Source of the DNA: Eledone cirrhosa
Taxonomy: Eukaryota
Direction of reading: 5' to 3'
DNA length: 64,000 bases
NCBI GenBank assembly: GCA_964016885.1
Contig: OZ024740.1
Span: 94,302,001 to 94,366,000, forward strand
Of the stretch, positions 12,465 to 25,300 are shown piece after piece (within the stretch, counting starts at the first letter, position 1; each line of letters begins with the position of its first letter). Below the pieces are notes generated by a model that saw only the letters and a list, made by a program, of their open reading frames with translations, was not told the origin of the DNA and did not search any database. A program made the translations under genes and the position numbers.

Positions 12465-14407
12465 ATGGCTAATTCACCTCTGCACCAAGCAGCTGAGAGC
12501 CTTCCTCACAAACTAACAACTCAGACCGACACCACCATTGAAAATATTACTACGTTTGCCAACATAAAAAATTTAAGCAGTAGCAATATTTTAAATTTGT
12601 CTCAGGCAGACATTCATTTGCTGACATTACCAATGACTGCAGGTGTTAAAGCCGCCACCACCACCACCACCACCGTGACAACAGAAACAAAAGGAAAAAC
12701 ATAAATCGACTCGTGATGTCGAAATGTTTTCAACCAAAATGGACTATTCCACACCGAACACCACTGACGTCACCACCACCACAACTGAAACTAAAATTAA
12801 TAATAACAAAAATAACGATAGCAACAACAACAACAATGACATTAAAAAAACCACCCTGAGTTTTGCCAGAGTAGCAAAACAGTTCGAAGCATTTACGGTA
12901 ACTAAGGAGGATTTAGAAAATGCCAAAAAATGGTAAAGAAAGATGGGTACAGGGTCAGGCCCCCCTCCCCCACCTAATAAAATGGAGCATCGGCGCCTAT
13001 GCACCGTGTCGTATCGAACAATTAATGTAAAATAGCGCCGAGTGGATCGGGCATCCGAGTCCCAAATCCAAAAAGCTTTGGAACATGTGTGGGCAAGATA
13101 AACCCACATCAGACGTGGGCAGAAGTATGGAACCGTGGCCGTGTTCTTTGAAACACCAGAAGAGGCTAGAGAACACTCCATGGCCCCATTAAGAAGTGAC
13201 GACTTCACACTCGTCCCAAGCTATTGTGGCCAGAGACTCGTAAAGATCAGGGTGACCCACGTTCCACCGGCCATCGAAATTCCCTGGCTAATAGCGGCCG
13301 TCCTCGCCAGCATCGAAGCCAACACAAAGATAATAGCAATAGGAAAAGAAAAGCAGGAGAACTGGTCCGGATCTGGAATGGAGCTCCTGATCCAAGCGGA
13401 CCAAAAAAGCATTGAGGAGATCCCAGAGGTAATAGACCTCACTGACGGCAGCCACCTCACCGTGATTGTCGAGTGCAGAAAGTCTAGGTGTGTCGTTTGT
13501 GGTGAAGGAACCCACCTAAGTGCTTTTTGCCCTCAGGCTAAAAGGTTGAGGCCACCTTTCCTACCCACCCCAGTGACACAACCATCAACACCAACAGTAG
13601 CAGAGATGGCAGTAACAACTGTAGCAGCAACAACAGAAGCAACTATAACAGCAACAACCCCAGCAACAGTAGCAAATCCAACACCACCATAACCCGAAGC
13701 TTCAGAACTAGCACCAGCGCCTACACCATCCACCACGCCACAACCAAAACTAACGCCTTCTGGAGGATTTTCCACTCCCCGGCCTATCACAACTGGAGAC
13801 AGATTGTGACGACGAGGAGTGGGAAACGGTATCAAGAAAAAAGAAAAAAAGAAACCCAAAAAGATAAAAATGATCTTCCTTCCCCCTCCAAAAATAAAAT
13901 ACAGAGGGAAACAAATAAATTAACAAACAAAAAAGTTAGGACAGATATGCCACCATCCACACAAGCATCACCAACCCCATCACCCCAAACACCAACACCA
14001 TCACCATCATTAACCCCAACACCACCATCACCTACACTACAAAAGTCACCAAAATGCGAAACAGAAACAAACCCACAACAAACACAAACAAAACAAAACA
14101 ACCAAAACGATACACAATACACAGCATTAAATTTGAACAACAACCAATTATTACGCTACATCCAACACAACACCAGCAACACAGAACAAGATTACACAAC
14201 AACCCAAAAATTCACACGACCTCCACACACAAATCACTCGCATCACACAGAAAACGTAAATTGACACTAAAACAAAAATTCCCCAAAGACATCGGAGACT
14301 TCCGACAAGCACTCTCCAGGAGGAGTTATAAGGACATCCTTCCCGAGGAGGCCACAAGCAGTGAAAAGAATGGAAAATCCGTCCTTCCTCTACGATAAGT
14401 AAGGTAA
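12465..14407 (+). pseudogene. Tx1 ORF1 (CCHC nucleic-acid-binding protein), disrupted
   Basis: Fragments 12465-12704, 12724-12936, 13135-13692, 13806-14264 and 14054-14398; homologous to ORF1 of copies 2 and 5. Confidence 0.8.
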
Positions 14408-15616
14408 GTGGACTTCCCCATCTTTTCCACTCCATTTCAACATGACCTCACTCAGAATAGGCAGCATAAATGCGCGTGGCTTTGGGTCGTCATGGAAGCA
14501 GGGCCACCTGCTCAACGACCTCAGGTCACTAAACATAGATGTAGCGGCCATCAGCGAGACCAGAAACTCCGAAGTACAAGCCTTCGCACCGACCTTCGGC
14601 GGCTACGATGTGTACGCATCTCCCAGCCGTCCGTGATCGGGGGGTGGAGTTGCTGTGCTTTTCCGGAGAGGTGTGGATCTTGCCATACGGGCCATCTTCC
14701 TGGAGCCAGCAGGTAAGTTGGTGGTGCTGGACATGACCAGCGGAGACGAGCAAGCTTTCAGGTTACTGGCCATCTATGCCCCGACAGGAGCAGGGCAGCC
14801 TGATTTCTTCCGGCGTCTGGAGACCTTTCTTGGAACGTCCCGCTCTTTAGTGTTAGTGGGCGACTGGAACGCCACCACCACCACCCAATTCTTCAGAACT
14901 AGCACCAGCGCCTACACCATCCACCACGCCACAACCAAAACTAACGCCTGTAGAGGATTTTCCACTCCCCGGCCTATCACAACTGGAGACAGATTGTGAC
15001 GACGAGGAGTGGAAAACGGTATCAGGAAAAAAAAAAAAAAAATTCTCTTCCTTCCCCCTCCAAAAACAAAATACAGAGGGAATCAAATAAATTAACAAAC
15101 AAAAAATTAGGACAGATATGCCACCATCCACACCAGCATCACCAATCTCATCAACCCAAGCACCAACACCATCACCATCATTAACCCCAACACCACCATC
15201 ACCTACACCACAAAAGTCAACAAAATGCGAAACAGAAACAAACCCACAACAAACGCAAACAAAACAATACAACTAAAACAATACACACTACACAGCATTA
15301 AATTTGAACAACAAGCAATTATTACACTACATCCAACACAACACCAGCATCACAGAAAAAGACTACACAACAACCCACAAATTCACACGACCTCCACAGA
15401 TACAAATCACTCGCATCACACAGAAAACGTAGATGACACTAAAACAGAAAAAATTCCCCAAAGACATCGGAGACTTCCGACAAGCACTCTCTAGGAGGAT
15501 TTATAAGGACCTCCTTCTTGAGGAGGCCACAAGCAGTGCAATGGATGCAAAAACCGTCATTGCCCTACAAGAAGTAAGGTAAGTGGTCTTTCCCATCGTT
15601 TCCACTCCTTTTCAAC

Positions 15617-17943
15617 ATGACCTCACTCAGAATATGCAGCATAAATGCGCGTGGCTTGGGGTCGTCATGGAAGTAGGGCCACCTGCTCAACGACCTCAGG
15701 TCACTAAACATAGATGTAGTGGCCATCAGCGAGACCAGCATCTCCGAAGCACGGGCCCTTGCACCGATCTTCGGCGGCTACGATGTGTACGCATCTCCCA
15801 GCCGTCCGTGATCGGGGGGTGGAGTTGCTGTGCTTTTTCGGAGAGGTTTGGATCTCGCCATACGGGCCATCTTCCTGGACCCAAAAGGTAAGTTGGTAGT
15901 GCTGGACGTGACCAGCGGAGAAGGGCAAGCTTTCAGGTTAGTGGCCGTCTATGCCCCAACAGGAGCAGGGAGGCCTGATTTCTTCCGGCGTCTGGAGACC
16001 TTTCTTGAAACGTCCCGCTCTTTAGTGTTAGTGGGCGACTGGAACGGGATCTTAGATGCACGCAGGGATTGTGTGGGATTAGTGGATAGGGAAGGAGTGT
16101 GCAAGAGTCTCACCAACCTGCTCAGGCGTTTTGAACTGTCTGACAGGTACCGATTGGATTTCCCGAATGTACCAATGTGGACTTGGAAAAATCGCATAGG
16201 GTCATCCAGATCATATCTAGATAGAGTATTTTGTAGGGAAATAGATAGGTCTAGCATAGGCTGTCCACAATTAAAGATAGTCAGCTACACGGACCACAAA
16301 TTCGTGATCTGTGTGCTTGACTTAAATAGAATTCATAGACGAGGACCCGGCTACAGGAAGCTAAACGCGTCCTTACCAGCGCGCAAGGCCTACAGAGACC
16401 GGATTAGCGAACTAGTTAAGCGGGCGTTGACGGGGGCCATCGTCAACAACAAGTGGTGGTTTGCTCTGAAAACTGCAATTAGAATAGAGTCCATTAGGTT
16501 TAGCAAGGCTTTAGTAATAGAGAAAAATAGAGCAGAGGGAGAATTAGTTAGAAAATTAGAAGAGGCGCTTAGCAAAGGCATCGCGACCAACGTACTTGCG
16601 GCGAAATTGGCCCTTGACCAATTCTTCAATGTAAAGCAGATTGGCTGCGTTGTCAGAGCTAAGATGCGTGCTCTCAGACACGAGGGGACGAAAGCGGTTC
16701 AATGGGCCCGGGTGGCGGAGGCGCGTCGTGGCAATAAAGCCACGATCCGGTCTTTGGTGGACCATGACGGGCGCATGCTACTCGATCCCGGGAAAATGTG
16801 TGAAGATTTTCAGCAACACTTCGCTCAACTGTTCGGGGGCAGTGGCGGGCCGGATCGAGGGATGGACTTTAGTGTCTACCTCGACGGACTGCTGCGGCTT
16901 TCGGCCACTGATAACAACCGCTGAAGTACGGGAGGCAATGACTGGCTGCACAAGGGGAAAATCGCCTGGTCTAGATGGTCTGCCCTATGAACTTTACGTA
17001 CAAATGCCAGACTTGTTCGGAGGCCTCTTGGCGGGCGTCTACTGCGACTGGCAACAGAACGGGAGTATTCTCAGCTCTGTGAGCCGAGGAGCGGTGGCGC
17101 TGCTGAGAAAGGATCCGAACAAGTGAGATAACATAGATAAGTTTAGGCGCATAACTCTGCTAAACACAGAGTTCAAGATTTTGGTCAAGGTGCTAGCAAA
17201 GAGTTGGCGCTTGTCGTTGGTGGTCTGGTGGGAGAGGCACAGACATGCGCCATTCCCGACAGATCCATCCACGACAACCTCCACCTCATGCGATACATCG
17301 TAGAGAGGGTAGCTAGGGAACCTGGCACGGGTGGGTCTTTGATCAATTTAGATCAGTCGAAAACCTTCGATAGGGTCGACCATCGTTACCTAGCGGCAGT
17401 CCTTCCGAAGGACTTTCGGGCCGGGCCTATGGACAACTTCCAGAAATCCCTGGCCTGGCAGTGCTACCGGGGATCTTTGCCAGTTAGGGATAAACTCTAC
17501 AGGCATGGAGGTGCCGTCAGCCGGGCATGTCCGAGATGCGCACAGGGCGACGAAACCGTCCTGCACGCACTCGTCCAGTGTCCAAGCATTGCTGATTTGT
17601 GGGTAATATCGAACACCTGCTGTCACGTGTAGGACGGATCCAGCTATCAGCTGAGTTCATCGTGAGGATTGCCCCGCCCTCTTCCTTTAGCCGGGAAGGG
17701 CAGGAAGTTTTTATCTGTCTGGTGTCCATGGCGAAAGAGATAGTATGGTGGACACGCTTGAAAGGGCTGCAGACGAGCACTTACCTCTTCGGTGATGCCC
17801 TGGTTAACTTTTTCAAATTTCATTTGAAAAGGAAAATCAGGGTAGAGAGGGAAGTGCTCTCTTCCCAGCATTTTGTTGAAAGATGGTTCAGAGAAGCAAG
17901 TATGGCCCGAATGAATGGGCCTTCTCTGAGTATGTGTCTGTAA
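15617..17943 (+). pseudogene. Tx1 ORF2 (APE-RT-zinc finger), disrupted; ~1 kb including YADD deleted at ~17400
   Basis: Sequence jumps from YLAAVL directly to GPMDNFQKSLAWQCYRG, which lie ~1.07 kb apart in copy 2. Confidence 0.88.
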
Positions 17944-18225
17944 ATTATTGGTGGGAAACTGGGAGAGGGCACTTGCCCTGGTTGTCAGTGTCACTGTGAT
18001 CTTTTAATGGGCTTTCTCTACAAATGTCCCTCGGAAGTCTCCCCCCTATTGGGGAATTTTTCTTTGTTATTTTATTACATCCTCTGTTTTTTTACACGCA
18101 GACATGCCCACTTGTACCGTCCTGTATTGTCCTGTACTGTCCTTAATGTCTACTTTATGTAAACCCTTGTGGTTAATAAATATAACATTATTATTATTAT
18201 TATTTTTTTTTTTTTTTTTTTTTTT

Positions 18226-21200
18226 TGGAGTGTCAGTCATTGATGTTATTTAACTGGAAAATTTGTTGAAATGAATATCAAGCCGCTACATGCAGCCTCA
18301 GATATTCAGGACGTATCGGAGGGTGCTTGCTGTTCCCAGCAAGCATGCCTTTTAGAGTGTTCCAAAAAGCGGGCTGAACTAGTTTTCTTTAACCATCTTT
18401 GGAAACTCTTTGAGATAGTATCTAGTGCGCCTATGACTATCGGGACGACTCTGACTTCATGGCAGTTCCAAATCCTTTTTACCTCCCACTTTAAGTCCTC
18501 GTATCGGTTAATTTTCTCCCTCTCCTTTTCTTGTACTCTCGTGTCGAATGGGCAGGCCACATCCACAATCAGGCACGATCTTGTTTCTTTGTCCAAAACC
18601 ACCAGGTCAGGTCTGTGGTGTTCCAGTTTCTTGTCCGTCTGTATCCTAACATCCCGCAGCACCTTCACCTGATCGTTTTCTATCACCGACTCTGGCTTAT
18701 GCTCATACACTTCTCAGAATGTGGTAAATTGTTTACTTTGCATAGGCGCCAGTGGATCAACCTGCCCATCACATCATATCTCCAGCCCTTATAGTGAGTC
18801 TGGGCTAGGTGTTTACACCCGGATACAATGTGTGCCACAGTCTCCTCTCTCTTTCCACAGATCCTGCACAGTGGGCTAGCCTCCTCCTTGTAAATATGGT
18901 GTTTCAAACAATTCGTTTTGAGGGCCTGCTCTTGCGCAGCCACTAGCATTCCTTCTGTAGCCTTTTTAAGATCTCCTATTTTCAACCAGTTCCATGTCTG
19001 TGGATCTCTGAATTCAGTTTTCTCAAAGGAGCTACTATGAAGGGATTTTTCATGAAGGCTGCTCTTTCTCCTTGTTGTTCTTTCCTCCTTGGACATCCCC
19101 TTGTCTATTGTCCTCTCCTTCAGTACAATTCTGAGCATTGGCTCCTTACTATCAGTGACGTATTTATGTATGTTGTTTTTGTCCATCTGAAAACATTCAT
19201 CTATGCTGATAAGTCCTCTTCCACCTTCAGATCTATTAAGTAGAGCCTATCGACATCACTTCTCTTGTGGAACATGTTGTAGATAGTCAATAGCTTCCTA
19301 GTCTTCCTATCCATTTCTTTTTGTTCAGCAACATTCCATCTCGAATTCCCGCAATGTACCTAATAATAGACACAGCTCGGGAATTTACTGCACTTATGGC
19401 ATTCCTACTGTTCAGACGTGGCTTTAATACGCTCCTTACTCTCCAAATGTATTCAGATCTTATCAATTCCTTCATTTGTTTTTTCTTGATGTCATCAGCC
19501 TCCAGAACACCTAAATATTTGTATCCTTTTTCAGTATCAATTTCCATTATCATCTCACCTGTTGGTACCTGGATTCCGTCTTTTCTGCTCAATTAATCCC
19601 TCTTCATCACAAACAACAGAGGAGACACACTATCTCCCTGGGAGATACCTCTCTTGATCTTCACGCCTGCCAAGGATTCTCCAGCTGATGTTAACTCTGT
19701 TTTCCAGGAATTCATACTTTTGCCCAACATCTGTCTGATGTTATCTGCCACCTTGTAGATATCTAGGTTTTGGTAATCCAAGAATGCGGCACCATGTCAA
19801 ATGCCTTTTTGTAGTCTATCCATCCCATGGCAAGACCATTGTGTCTCCTCTTGCAATTCCTCATTACCATCTTATCAACAAGTACTGCTCTTTGTACCAC
19901 GGGACTTCTTTCGGCATCCTTTCTGTTCGTCCGGTAACAAGTTGTTTGTGTGGAGGTGATGTTAGACTTCCTCAGACATAATGCTTGTCAACAGCTTCCA
20001 CATTACGGACAGACATGTGATAGGTCTATAGTTGGTAACATCATTACCCTTGATTCGGTTTTTCATTACCAGAACTGTTTTATCTTTTGTCAACCACTCT
20101 GGTACCTCACCTGATATCAGGCAGTCATTGAACACGGCTGTCAGTTTCGGGTGGAGGGATGTTATAATTTTAATCCAATACCCCTGCACACGATCTGGGC
20201 CTCGTGATTTCTAGTTGGTTAGTTTTTTGGCCTGCCCCTTAAGAGCGTTAACTGTGATACTCAAATCAGCTTGTTGGTGTGCCTGTTCACTTAACTCCAT
20301 CTGTACTGTCTCAAACCACCCTGCCTGCTCATTATGTTTAACATCCTGCTCCCATATTCCTCTCCAGAATGTGTTAGTGTGTTTCCCCTCAGGGATCAAG
20401 TCGTTGCCTCTCTATTTTCCTTCAAGCTGTCCAAACAACATCTTCTGGTTGTTGTCAAACATGCGGTTCTGTTTATACTGACAGACTCTGCTCTTGTATC
20501 GCTTAATTGTTGCACTCTTTGCTACAGTGCGTTGCTTCAGTTCCTCTATGATCATATTTAGCTTTTTCCTCCTACTTTCGTACTTTATTTCCAGTCTATT
20601 TTTAGTGTCTATGTTTTTTAGTGTCCCATTCAGTAGGGACTCAAGCTTTCCAATGGCATTTCTCATTTCCCTGATTTGACAATTCAGTCGTTTCTTCCAT
20701 CAAGGTTCTGATCTTTCTTGTTTGTTGTTTCCTCTCGCTTTTATGCCAAGGTATTTCCTCACCGCATTTGCTGTTGCTTTGAGGATATTGTTGCACTGGT
20801 TAAGGCTCCTTGCCTCAAGGTATGGGATGACTTTGTTTACTTAAGCTGTTGTTTCTTAGGTTCATAGATTTCCCACTATCATTGTTCAATTCATTTACCA
20901 CTAAGTTTAGGATATCAACCACATTTTGTCCTAGCCCGTCAGCATTCATCTCCTCAATGGCCGTATCTTTGTTCCAGGTATCATTTATTTCAGCATTCAG
21001 ATCATTATCTGCTTCGGATGGTTCTTCCGTTCTCTCAAAACTCTTCACCTTCATTTCCAACCGGTTCGTTTGCCTGGCATACACCACTCTCCATTTTCAA
21101 CCTAATCTCTCTGCTTAGTTCCTCCAGTTCCAGCTCGCTTATCCACCCATTAGTTCTTATTACCTGAGCCTGCCCGGACAATTTTTGTTCATCTAATTTA

Positions 21201-22387
21201 AATAGACCAATATCGTTCCAGATGTTATGCCTCCGTTTCCTATAGCCTTTCACCTTGGGGTTACTCTTCAGGTAACATTGCATAACAGTTCTATTCAATT
21301 AATTCTTCCAGTTGGTTCTGGTCCCTTTCCTTCTTCTTCATCCTCCGACACCAGCAGTATTTGGTTGACATCCAGGTCCCTGCTGCTGAGCCAGCGAGCA
21401 CCTGCTGGGTGAGAGTATGTCACATGACATTCCAGTCACCACTTCACCGTTATTCGAACTGTTTAATTTCGACATTTAAACACTCTTATCTAGGATAGGT
21501 GAATGTATGGTTACATGTATGGTTACCGGTGATTTTACCACCCCCGGTGATTTTAGTGTGGCACTATCACGCTGTAGACGAACACAAATAAACAAACTAA
21601 CTAAGATGTAAAAAAAAACAAAAAAGAATAAGCACATGTTTCATTGTAATGTAATGTTTGAATGTCTGACTTAGTTTTTTTTTTTTTTCTTCTCTGTCTG
21701 TCTGTTTGTTTTTCTTTTCATTTTTCTTTTCTTTACGTTTTTCGTTGTTGCTGTGCTGTTTTTATTTTTATTTTTATTTTTTTTTTATTTTTTGACCGGG
21801 TCATTAAATCAGTCTATTTATAACTTTTTACGCCTTCCTCTTTTAGTGGGGACACTTTGATGCATGTCTTAGCAGGATGTAGTGGGAGAGAATAGCGGGG
21901 GTAGCGATAATGGGTCAGTGATTGTGGTGGTGGTGCTGCTGTGCTAGTAGTACTTAGCAGGAGGTAGTGGGAGAGAATATCGGCGGTAGCGATGATGAGG
22001 CATGGTGGTGGTGATGTGACCGTAGTACTGTAGTGATGGTGTTGAAGTTGAAGTAGAAATAGAATTTGAGGTAACATGACTAGAGTTTTTGGCGTGGTAG
22101 TGGTGATGGTGTTGGTGGTGAAATTATTTGCCTGTTATCCACTTAGCCATTTTGCCATTTTCCACTATTTCGATATATAACATTTCTGATCCAAAATTTA
22201 ATATTAAATATTGGGTCCCTATGCCGTAAAGTGATGCGTTGTGGTTTGCTGGCCGTAAAAAATTGTAATCTTATACTTCATCTGTAATAAGAATTATTCT
22301 ATCACAGTTCTTTTAAATAAGTAAAAATCAAAAACATATGGGAGTGATTCCATAACGATATATATCCACCATGTGCGTTTTCTTCCT
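18226..22387 (-). mobile_element. R4/Dong element, subfamily C (close relative of B), decayed, with internal RT deletion at ~19610
   Basis: Collinear with 7634-11200; many frameshifts; FMDD region missing; distal leader differs from B. Confidence 0.92.
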
Positions 22388-22390
22388 ATT

Positions 22391-25300
22391 AGTCGCCTGA
22401 AATATCGAGACAGTGTCAGTTACAGAGGAGGAGGTGGCAGTCGCAAGAGCCATGGTGACAAGAAGCGAAAATAGAGTTTCTCTCAAACCTCCACCCGATG
22501 TTTTCAAGGACCAGCAGCTACGGACGGTGATTTACCGCACCGTAAGCAAAATCTCACATCGAGTGGAGAGAGCCACGGAGGCTCAAATCCAAAAGTCCTT
22601 GGGGTGCGTCTGGGCACGCAAACCCCAAATCACCCGAGGCAGAAAGTACGCCACAGTAGACGTATTTTCGCCACCTCCCAGGAAGCAAAGCCTCACTCTT
22701 TGGAAACCCTAAAGAGTGAGGAGATAATCTTGGTGCCCTCCTACTGCGGGCAGAAGATTGTGAGGGTCAAAGTGACCCAGGTCACACCCGACGTGCCCAT
22801 ACCTTGACTGGACGCGTCTGTCCTTGCTGGAATCGAGAACAGGGCGACCGTGCTGCAAGTAGAAAAAATAGGGAGCGAGAACTGGTCAGGTATAGGCATG
22901 CAAATGCTTATACAAACTGACCAGGAATGTATCGACGCTATACCCGATATCATATACATCGAGGAAGGACTCCAACTCCCTATAAGTGTAGAAGGAAGAA
23001 GGCCAAAATGTTATCTCTGTGGGTCGAAGGGTCACCTCAGGGACTTTTGCCCGCAGAAGACAGCGAAGAAGGCCCCTCTCCATCCAATACCTGGTCCACT
23101 GCTACCAAGAGCAGGGCAGACAACAGACGAAGAAGCCCCTTCCACGCTGAGTAGGTGGGCAACGTCCGTAGAATCCGCACCATGGCCACGAACAACTAAA
23201 GCAGCAGCATCAGTAGCGGCAACACCAATAGCTACATTTAAAGTAGCTACACCAGCAACACAATTGCCGAGGAGGGCTCCACTACCACCACCAACAGCCA
23301 TGGAGCACATACCCGCCATAGACGCCACAGAATCCGACATGGAGTTTGAAGCGGGAGTGAAGTAGCAAACGGTCTGCCACAAAAAACGAAAAAGAAAGAA
23401 AACCCTTACATTCACCCTCCAAAAGCGAAGCCATACAAAGAGGGGTAAAGGCAGCAAGGAAACGTGCACAACACCACCACAATCACCACCACAGACACCA
23501 ACAACGCAAACAGCAACAAGAAAAAAAACCGCAACAAATTCACCCCTCCCCCAAAAAAGTACACAGCCATAAACATGGCAAATAAAGAACTCATACAATA
23601 TATAAAGCAGCACACAGATATCACAGAAAAAAACTACTACACCCCACCATCACCAAGAACTCACCCGACAAACATAAGCATCATCGAAATCTCAATAGAA
23701 CAGTACAAACCTTTCAAACAAAAATTCCCCAACGCAGTTGGAGCCTTCAGAGGGTCGGTTACCAAGAGGATATACACTGACATCCTCTTGAAACACCCAT
23801 GACCAGCGAAAGGGACGGATCTACTGTCCCTTCACCATACGAACAAGGTAAGTGACCCTTTCTCACGTGTCCCGTTTCTCATCCAACATGGCTGTACTCA
23901 GAATAGGCAGTATAAATGAACGTGGCCTGGGGTCATCGGAAGCAGGATCACCGATCTTCGGCGGCTACGATGTATACGCATCTCCCAGTCGTCCAGGATC
24001 GGGGGTGGGGCAGTCGTCCTTTTTCGGAGAGGCTTGGATATCGTGATACGGGCCATCTTCCTAGAGCCAGAAGGTAAGTCGGTGGTGCTCGACGTGACCG
24101 GCAGCGAAGGCAATGCTTTCAGGCTAGTAACCGTATACTCCCCAACAGGGACAGGACGGCCAGATTTCTTCAGACGTCTAGAGACCTTTCTTGGAACTTC
24201 CCGCTCTTTAGTGTTAGTGGGCGACTGGAACGATATCTTGGATGCACGCTGGGATCATGTGGGTCTAGTGGATAGGGGAGGAGGATGCAAGAGCCTCACC
24301 AACCTGCTCAGACGTTTTGAACTGTCTGACAGGTATTGACTGGATCACCCGAATGTGCCAATGTGGACATGGAAAAACCGCACCGGGTCATCCAGATCGT
24401 ATCTCGATAGGGTATTCTGCAGAGAACTAGATAAGTCTAGTATAAGTTGTCCACAATTTAAAATAGTCGATTACACAGACCACAAATATGTGATTTGTGA
24501 GATCGAAATAGACAGACTTCATAGACAAGGGCCTGGTTACTGGAAGCTGAACGCGTCTTTCCCGGCGCGCAAAGCCTACAGAGACCGGATTAGCGTATTA
24601 GTTAAGCGGGCGTTGACGGGAGCGTTCGTCAACAACAGGTGGTGATTCGCACCGAAAAGGGCAATTAAAGTAGAGTCGATTAGGTTTAGCAAAGGAGTAG
24701 TGATAGAGGAAAATAGAGTAGAGGGAGAGCTAGTCAGAAAGCTAGAAGAGGCGTTTAGGATAGGCATCGCAACCGACGTGCTTGCGGCGTGATTGGCTCT
24801 TGACCAATTCTTCAACGCAAAACACGAAGGCTGCTTTGTCAGGGCTAGAGCGCGTGCTCTGAAACACGAGGGGGCAAAAGCCGTCCAATGGGCCCGGGTG
24901 GCAGAGGCGCGACGTGGCAAAAAAGCCACAATTCGGTCTTTGTCTGACCAAAACGGATGCGTGAGCTTGAACGCGAGCGGATGTGTGAAGCTTCTCAGCA
25001 GCATTTTGCTGAACTGTTCGGGAGCGGCGGCGGCCCGGATCGGGGCATGGACTTCAGTGCATACATCAACGGACTGCCTCGGCTCTCGACGACTGGAGCA
25101 CAGTGTTGCGAAAAGCCAATAACAGCAGGTGAAATACGGGAAGCGATGGCTAACTGCACAAGGGGTAAATCGCCAGGTTTCGATGGTCTACCCTACGAGC
25201 TTTACGAATTAATGCCAGATTTGTTCGGTGAGTCTTGGCAGACGTCTAATGCAACTGGCAGCAGAACGGGAGCATTCCCAGTGTTGTGAGCCGGGGAGCA

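Larger units (their letters stand above)
12256..18187 (+). mobile_element. L1/Tx1-clade LINE copy 1 (5'UTR, ORF1, ORF2), with internal duplication and RT deletion
   Basis: ORF1 from 12465 with zinc knuckle CVVCGEGTHLSAFC. ORF2 APE motifs (LRIGSINARG, ISET, VYAP, GDWN, SYLDR, TDH), RT (KSPGLDG, DQSKTFD) and C-terminal CPRC..ET..H..C. Ends AATAAA then (ATT)n. Confidence 0.92.
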
